Source: an uncultured Acidobacteriota bacterium (GTDB lineage: Bacteria; Acidobacteriota; Terriglobia; Acidiferrales; UBA7541). From it: 64,000 bases of DNA. Shown piece after piece: positions 58,636-64,000 of this stretch. The notes below the pieces were generated by a model, which did no database searches, was not told the origin of the DNA, and saw only the letters and a list, made by a program, of their open reading frames with translations. Position 1 is the stretch's first letter, and each line of letters opens with the position of its first letter. The stretch is taken from the NCBI GenBank assembly GCA_963832975.1, contig CAWHVX010000006.1, positions 912,243 through 976,242 on the forward strand, given 5' to 3'. A program made the translations under genes and the position numbers.

Positions 58636-60229
58636 AGGCTTTCGATGTGACCTTCAGCCCCGGCGGCGCCTGCTTGCGCTTGTACTCGTTGCGATCGACC
58701 TGCAGTGCGACCGCTCGCACGAGGTCGATCGGGATTCCGGTCTCCGCGGCGATTTCGCTCGGCGAGCGCAGGTCCTCGACGTATGCCTTCAGGATTTGGT
58801 CGAGGACGTCGTAGGGCGGCAAGCTGTCCTGGTCGGTCTGATTCGGCGCGCAGCTCGGCTGAAGGCGCTTTCGTGAATACGCTCTCGGGAATCCGCCGCC
58901 GCTCGCGATTCGTGAAAGCCGCGAGCTCGTAGACCATCGTCTTCGGCACATCGGAAATTACCGCGAGGCCGCCCGCCATATCGCCGTATAGCGTGCAATA
59001 GCCAACGGCCATTTCGGATTTGTTTCCCGTGCTCAAGACGAGCGAGCCGAATTTATTCGAGAGCGCCATCAGCAGATTGCCGCGGATGCGCGCTTGCAGA
59101 TTCTCTTCGGTGGCATCTTCCGGCAGTCCCGCGAACGTCTGTGCCAGCGTCTTACGGTAGCTGTGAAACTCGTCGTTGATGCCCATGGTCAGCAGGCGAA
59201 TGCCGAGATTTTCCGCCAGCGCCTTCGCGTCGCGCAGGCTGCCCTCGGAGGAATACGGCCCCGGCATGGCCACGCCAGTGACGTTTTCCGGGCCCAGCGC
59301 GTCGACCGCGATTGTCGCAACCAGCGACGAATCGATGCCGCCGCTCAGCCCGATCACCACCTGCTTGAATCCGCACTTGCGGACGTAATCGCGCGTGCCG
59401 ACCACGAGCGCGCGATACACGGCCTCGATTTCTCGGTGATCTGCGGGCGGATGTCGCCCTCGCCCGTCACTGTGTCGAAAAATATGAGATCTTCGTCGAA
59501 CGATTTCGCGAGCGCGCCAATGCGGCCGTCGCCGCATAAATGCGACGCTCGAGCCATCGAAAACCAAGCTGTCGTTGCCGCCCACCTGATTCACGTAAAC
59601 GAACGGCAGCCGGTGCTGCCGCGCCGTCGCGCGCAGCATCTCGAACCGGAAGGCGCGCTTGTCGAATGTGTACGGCGACGACGAAATATTCAGCAGCAGC
59701 GTGCTTCCCTTCCCCGCCAGCTCCGCCACGGGATCGCGCTCGTAGAGGCGCTTGGCCCAGAAATTCTTGTCGTTCCAGCAGTCTTCGCAGATCGTGATGC
59801 CGAGCGTATCGGCGCCCAAGGCGAACACATGCTGCGTGTGCGCGGGCTGAAAATAGCGCGCTTTCGTCGAAGACGTCGTAGGTAGGCAGCAGCATCTTGC
59901 GCTGCTCGAAGAGAATTTTCCCGCCTGCGATCAGAGCGGCGGAGTTGGCGACGGGCTTGCCGGTATTGTCCTGCGCTTTGCCGACAAAGCCGACGAGCGA
60001 TGGCAGCGGAACCTGCTCGGCGAGGCAACCGAGCTCCTTTTGATTGCGCTCGGCGAAGGATGGGCCGCTCGATCAGATCTTGCGGCGGATAGCCGCACAG
60101 GCACAGCTCCGAAAAGACGGCCATATCCGCGCCGCCTGCCTTGGCCATCCGCGCCATGTCCATGATGCGCGCGCGGTTGCCTTCGAAATCGCCGACGGTC
60201 GGATTGAACTGGGCCAGCGCGATCTTCAT
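58589..60229 (-). CDS. nadE: glutamine-dependent NAD+ synthetase (CN-hydrolase plus synthetase domains), frame broken at several places
   Basis: MKIALAQFNPTVGDFEGN..FSELCLCGYPPQDL (59690-60568), LLPTYDVFDE (59467-59895). Then ICEDCWND..GLSGGIDSS..STGNKSEMAVGYCTLYGDM (58533-59828), and DQDSLPPYDVLD..RNEYKRKQAPPGLKV (58589-58951). Confidence 0.85.
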
Positions 60230-60358
60230 GGGAAGCAAACAGCATACGGGGCGAGCGGCGAGGTTTTCAATCTGCGAGGGGTCGTCGGAGTGTTGAGAGT
60301 CATCATCCCAAGATCGATGCGGCAATAGAGCCGCCAAAAACATGCCGAGAAACAATAA

Positions 60359-60387
60359 GGCTCCCGGAGCCATTGACTTCGGGAGCC
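60359..60387 (-). terminator. rho-independent terminator after the IscA/ErpA-family gene
   Basis: GGCTCCCG/CGGGAGCC 8-bp stem. On the minus strand it is followed by TTATTGTTTCTCGGCATGTTTTT. Confidence 0.6.
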
Positions 60388-60464
60388 TCGAAACCAAATA
60401 AAACGCCGCGCGAAGATGCGCCGCAGCGACTACCGCGATCGCTGCGAGCAGCCTACTCGGTCGC

Positions 60465-60791
60465 TTAGACCGTGAACGAGCTGCCGCAGCCGCAGGTGCT
60501 CTTGACGTTCGGGTTGTTAAACTTGAAGCCCGAACCCTCGAGCGTCTCGATGTAGTCGATCGACACACCTTCGAGGTACATCTCGCTCATCTGATCGACG
60601 AGCACCTTGAGACCGTCGAATTCATACACGTTGTCGCTGGCTTCGTTCACCTGGTTCTCGAAAGCCATGTGGTAGCTAAAGCCCGAGCAGCCGCCGCCGA
60701 CCACGGCCACGCGCAAGCCCGTGGGCGTCGGGGTCTGCTGCGACAGAATTTCCTTCACCTTCGTTACAGCTACCGGCGTAAGTTGAACCAT
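60465..60791 (-). CDS. iron-sulfur cluster insertion/assembly protein (IscA/ErpA/HesB family)
   Basis: From ATG 60791: MVQLTPVAVTKVKEIL..GGGCSGFSY...CGCGSSF. Confidence 0.9.
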   Translation of the reverse strand: MVQLTPVAVTKVKEILSQQTPTPTGLRVAVVGGGCSGFSYHMAFENQVNEASDNVYEFDGLKVLVDQMSEMYLEGVSIDYIETLEGSGFKFNNPNVKSTCGCGSSFTV

Positions 60792-60964
60792 TCGAATCCT
60801 CCCAAAGATTCGGCGCGAAAGCTGCTTGCCGACGCGCACCAAAACCCAAAGACATTATATCAGATGCAGGCAACCTCCGCGACGGTTCCGAAAGGTGTTG
60901 CTTGGCGTGAGCCGCAACGGGGTGATATTTTCTTTCGGTGCCATAGTGCCACGGGGGTGCGGCC

Positions 60965-61735
60965 TTGCACGATGCCGGAACGGTGAATCCCGAAAACGCA
61001 GCCGCCAGCAAGGTGCCACCCGCGAACCTGTCGTTCTGGACCGCCAAGATTCTGGCGACCACGGTCGGCGAAACCGGGGGCGACGCGCTTTCGATGACGC
61101 TGAATCTGGGGTATGCCGTCAGCAGCCTGATTTTCCTGGGCTTTTTCGTCGTCACCCTGTTTCTTCAATTGAGGTCGAAACGCTACCACGCCGTGTTTTA
61201 TTGGGCCGTCGTAGTCGCCACCACCACGGTCGGCACCACCACCTCCGACTACCTGGATCGCACTGTTGGGCTGGGCTATATCCGGTCTTCTCTGATGCTG
61301 TTCTCGCTCGTGCTCGTGCTGCTGGTGATCTGGCACTTCTCCACAGGCGCGATCGGCGTCGACCATATCGTTTCGCGGAAGAATGAAGTTTTCTATTGGG
61401 TGACGATCCTGGTGTCCAACACGCTGGGCACCGCGGTAGGCGATTTTACGGCGGATACGGGACTAGGCTTCGAGCGCGGCGCCCTGGTCTTCGCGGGGCT
61501 GATCGCGCTGGTTGCGGCGGCTTACTACCTCACCAAATTGCCGCGCAGCGTCCTATTTTGGTCTGCGTATGTGCTGACGCGGCCTCTGGGCGCGACCCTC
61601 GGCGATACGCTTACCAAACCACATACGCAGGGCGGCTTGGCCCTTGGCCGGATCGCCTCGTCGCTCACCATCGCGGCGGCCATGATTTTGGTGGTCGCGC
61701 TGACCTCGCAGCGCCGCCCGGAAGGCTCCCATTAA
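60965..61735 (+). CDS. polytopic membrane protein with internal GxTxGD repeats (COG4705-like)
   Basis: Recurring TTVGETGGDAL / TTVGTTTSDYL / NTLGTAVGDF / RPLGATLGDTL between TM segments. Start uncertain (TTG 60965, GTG 60983 or GTG 61013). Confidence 0.65.
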   Translation: MHDAGTVNPENAAASKVPPANLSFWTAKILATTVGETGGDALSMTLNLGYAVSSLIFLGFFVVTLFLQLRSKRYHAVFYWAVVVATTTVGTTTSDYLDRTVGLGYIRSSLMLFSLVLVLLVIWHFSTGAIGVDHIVSRKNEVFYWVTILVSNTLGTAVGDFTADTGLGFERGALVFAGLIALVAAAYYLTKLPRSVLFWSAYVLTRPLGATLGDTLTKPHTQGGLALGRIASSLTIAAAMILVVALTSQRRPEGSH

Positions 61736-61844
61736 TCCGCGGGTGCAATCCGAGCCTTTGATTGCCGGGTACGAAAGGCGCTCGCCAATCCCCGTATACA
61801 AGCCGCCCGCCGACACTCTAAAATATCCCTTTCCCAGGAGCCCC

Positions 61845-62861
61845 ATGAAACACAAGATCACATCCATCCCCGGTGACGGCATCGGACCCGAAGTATCCCG
61901 CGCGGTGCGCGAAATTATCGCGGCGGCCGGCGTCGAAGTGGAATGGGAAGACACCGAGGCCAAAGGCGACATCCACGAGCAGGGTGCGGCGTCGATTCGG
62001 ACCGCGGTCGTCGAATCGATTCGCAAGAATCGCGTAGCGCTGAAAGGGCCGCTGGCCACCGCGGTTGCGAGCGGACCGCCGAGCATCAACGTCGCGCTGC
62101 GCAAGGCGCTCGACCTTTTCGCCAACGTGCGCCCGGTGAAGAATCTTGAGGGCGCTCCCTGCCGCTATCAGGACGTCGATATGGTCCTGATCCGCGAGAA
62201 TACCGAGGATTTGTACGCCGGACTCGAGCACACCGTGGTGCCGGGCGTCGTCGAGAGCCTGAAGATCATCACTGAAAGAGCCTCCACGCGCATCGGGCGC
62301 TACGCCTTCGAGTATGCCCGCAAGCATGGCCGCAAAAAGATTCACGCTATCCACAAAGCGAACATCATGAAGCTGTCGGACGGCCTGTTCCTTTCCTCCG
62401 TGCGCACGGTGGCCGCGGAATATCCGGACATTCAATATAAGGAACTGATCGTCGATAACGCCTGCATGCAGATGGTGCTTAATCCCTCGCAATTCGACAT
62501 GCTGCTGCTGACGAATCTCTACGGCGACATTATGAGCGATCTCGCGGCGGGCCTCGTCGGCGGGCTGGGAGTGGTGCCCAGCGGGAATATCGGGGCGGAA
62601 TCCGCGATCTTCGAAGCGGTGCACGGCACCGCACCGGACATCGCCGGCAAAGGCATCGCCAATCCCACAGCGCTGCTGATGAGCGCCGTGATGATGCTCG
62701 ACCACATCGGCGAGGTGTCGGCCTCGCAGCGGATCGATGCGGCGCTGCACGAAGTCTACCGCGAGGGCCGCTCGCTCACCCGCGACGTCGGCGGCACGGC
62801 CACCACCGCGCAGTTCACCGAAGCGGTGATCAGCAAGCTCGGAGTCGGCGTCCACTCGTAG
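61845..62861 (+). CDS. NAD-dependent isocitrate dehydrogenase-like (IDH3 / homoisocitrate DH type)
   Basis: [60 protein letters not shown] and [12 protein letters not shown]. Confidence 0.85.
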   Translation: MKHKITSIPGDGIGPEVSRAVREIIAAAGVEVEWEDTEAKGDIHEQGAASIRTAVVESIRKNRVALKGPLATAVASGPPSINVALRKALDLFANVRPVKNLEGAPCRYQDVDMVLIRENTEDLYAGLEHTVVPGVVESLKIITERASTRIGRYAFEYARKHGRKKIHAIHKANIMKLSDGLFLSSVRTVAAEYPDIQYKELIVDNACMQMVLNPSQFDMLLLTNLYGDIMSDLAAGLVGGLGVVPSGNIGAESAIFEAVHGTAPDIAGKGIANPTALLMSAVMMLDHIGEVSASQRIDAALHEVYREGRSLTRDVGGTATTAQFTEAVISKLGVGVHS

Positions 62862-62887
62862 TTTCGTCCCGGGCCGCAAAAACTAGG

Positions 62888-62918
62888 GTCGTCATTCTGA
62901 GCGGAGCGAAGAATCCCT
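62888..62918 (+). repeat. GTCGTCATTCTGAGCGGAGCGAAGAATCCCT repeat
   Basis: Related copy with an inserted CCCGGC..GCCGGG hairpin at 63783-63827. Confidence 0.6.
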
Positions 62919-63100
62919 CTGCTCTGCCAGCTCCCGCGCACCGACGCATGTCCTGTCAGTACCAGTGCCAGGAACGGATTGGCACTGTACCCTTGGGCAG
63001 TAAGCAGTTCGCGACCTGCGCGGGCCGAATCCGGGGCCGGCGCGGCGCCTCTGCTAGACTTTTCATAGCCCGAGAGGGCCGTTCGCGGAGGGAGGACCTC

Positions 63101-63769
63101 ATGGCGAATGCCACAGATGGCAAACGCTTTTATCAGGCTTTCAGCTGGGCATGCCTTGCAGTGATTGTCTTGCTGGTGTTGCTGGTGCTGCACAAATCGC
63201 CCGAGCCCAATGTCCCCTACGATTCCGCCGCCGCGGCGCGCGTGCAGCAGAAATTCGCTGCCGCCGATCAGGCCAAGGCCGCCGGCCAGCCCGCGAAAGT
63301 TTCGATCGACCGCACCGAGCTCAATTCGTATTTGCAGCAGAACCTGCAAGTGCAGGGAGCGTCGCCCGCCAATACCGCTGCTACTTCGGACGGCGTGCAA
63401 TCTGGTGGCGCTGCACCTGCCGACCCACTGGCTGACGTGGGTCAGATGACGCAGGAGCAAGTCGCATCCGCCGTCAAGGATGTGAAAGTCGATATGGACG
63501 GCGACCTCATCAAGGCGCACATCATCTTCAATCTTCATGGCCAGGACATGTCGCTCGATCTCGATGGGCATCTGGTCAACGAGAATGGCTACCTGAAATT
63601 CGAGCCGGTCGACGGAAAACTCGGTTCCCTGCCCTTGCCGCAGTCCATGCTCGACGCGGCTGTAGACAAGCTGATGTCGTCGCCCGAAAATCGCGACAAG
63701 ATGAAGCTTCCCGACGACATCAACGACATTCAGATCCAGAACGGCCAGGCCGTCGTCTCATACAAGTGA
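63101..63769 (+). CDS. hypothetical membrane-anchored protein (222 aa)
   Basis: N-terminal TM WACLAVIVLLVLLVL, followed by a soluble domain. No family recognised. Confidence 0.55.
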   Translation: MANATDGKRFYQAFSWACLAVIVLLVLLVLHKSPEPNVPYDSAAAARVQQKFAAADQAKAAGQPAKVSIDRTELNSYLQQNLQVQGASPANTAATSDGVQSGGAAPADPLADVGQMTQEQVASAVKDVKVDMDGDLIKAHIIFNLHGQDMSLDLDGHLVNENGYLKFEPVDGKLGSLPLPQSMLDAAVDKLMSSPENRDKMKLPDDINDIQIQNGQAVVSYK

Positions 63770-63782
63770 TGATCCGAAGAGC

Positions 63783-63827
63783 ATCGTCATCCTGAACCCG
63801 GCGTCGTTGGCCGGGTGAAGGATCTCT
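63783..63827 (+). repeat. ATCGTCATCCTGAACCCGGC..GCCGGGTGAAGGATCTCT repeat
   Basis: Same family as 62888-62918. Confidence 0.6.
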
Positions 63828-63850
63828 CTTCGTTAGCGGCAGCGGGCGGA

Positions 63851-63999
63851 GTCAGAGTCCCTGAAGCTTGCCGGCAGCAGGCCAGATTGGCTTGTACGCG
63901 ACGTAGAGCAGCCAATACACGATCACGCCAGTCACCGACACGTAGAGCCACAACGGCAGCGTCCATTTCGCGATCGCGCGATGCGCCGCGTATTTTCCG
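63851..63999 (-). CDS. DUF420 membrane protein, C-terminal part; gene runs off the right edge
   Basis: Own translation: ..[47 protein letters not shown], stop at 63851-63853. Confidence 0.6.
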
Positions 64000-64000
64000 C

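Overview
High-GC bacterial chromosomal segment. Gene content and intergenic repeat families look Acidobacteriota-like, but that is inference only. I count about 60 protein genes and saw no rRNA, tRNA or CRISPR array. The backbone is housekeeping: ilvB (partial), dxr-rseP, ribF, a Fur-family repressor, RNase J, mazG, ppdK, glyQ-glyS, recO, icd, mdh, a second NAD-type IDH, nadE, a fused LptF/LptG permease and a GH57 glucan enzyme. Accessory pockets are: an AT-richer ALDH/ADH/GlxA block ending at an IS3 transposase relic; three tandem single-domain PilZ genes; an NSAR/OSBS plus GNAT pair; a roughly 1350-codon SBBP-repeat surface protein; a Rieske oxygenase plus LigW-like decarboxylase; and an orphan GAF histidine kinase. 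The most interesting locus is 33472-35248. There an in-frame TGA inside a U-N-G-C motif, followed by a SECIS-like hairpin, joins two ORFs into a Tat-signal-bearing candidate selenoprotein. A periplasmic rhodanese follows it. A Cys-rich MerR regulator precedes it, and that regulator's 19-bp-spacer promoter faces a DinB-like lipoprotein gene. The second striking property is that between about 46.5 and 60.3 kb most conserved genes (ppdK, glyS, glyQ, recO, icd, mdh, nadE) are broken by 1-nt frame shifts, while the conserved protein continues cleanly in another frame. Indel errors in the assembly explain this best, so every frame-dependent call, including the Tat/selenoprotein junction, needs read-level verification. 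Several intergenic repeat families are documented, including one palindrome embedded in-frame in mazG and one 122-bp unit with 13-bp terminal inverted repeats. All calls rest on reading the sequence and ORF track by eye. No searches or folding programs were run, frameshift positions are approximate, and the displayed sequence ends at 63999.
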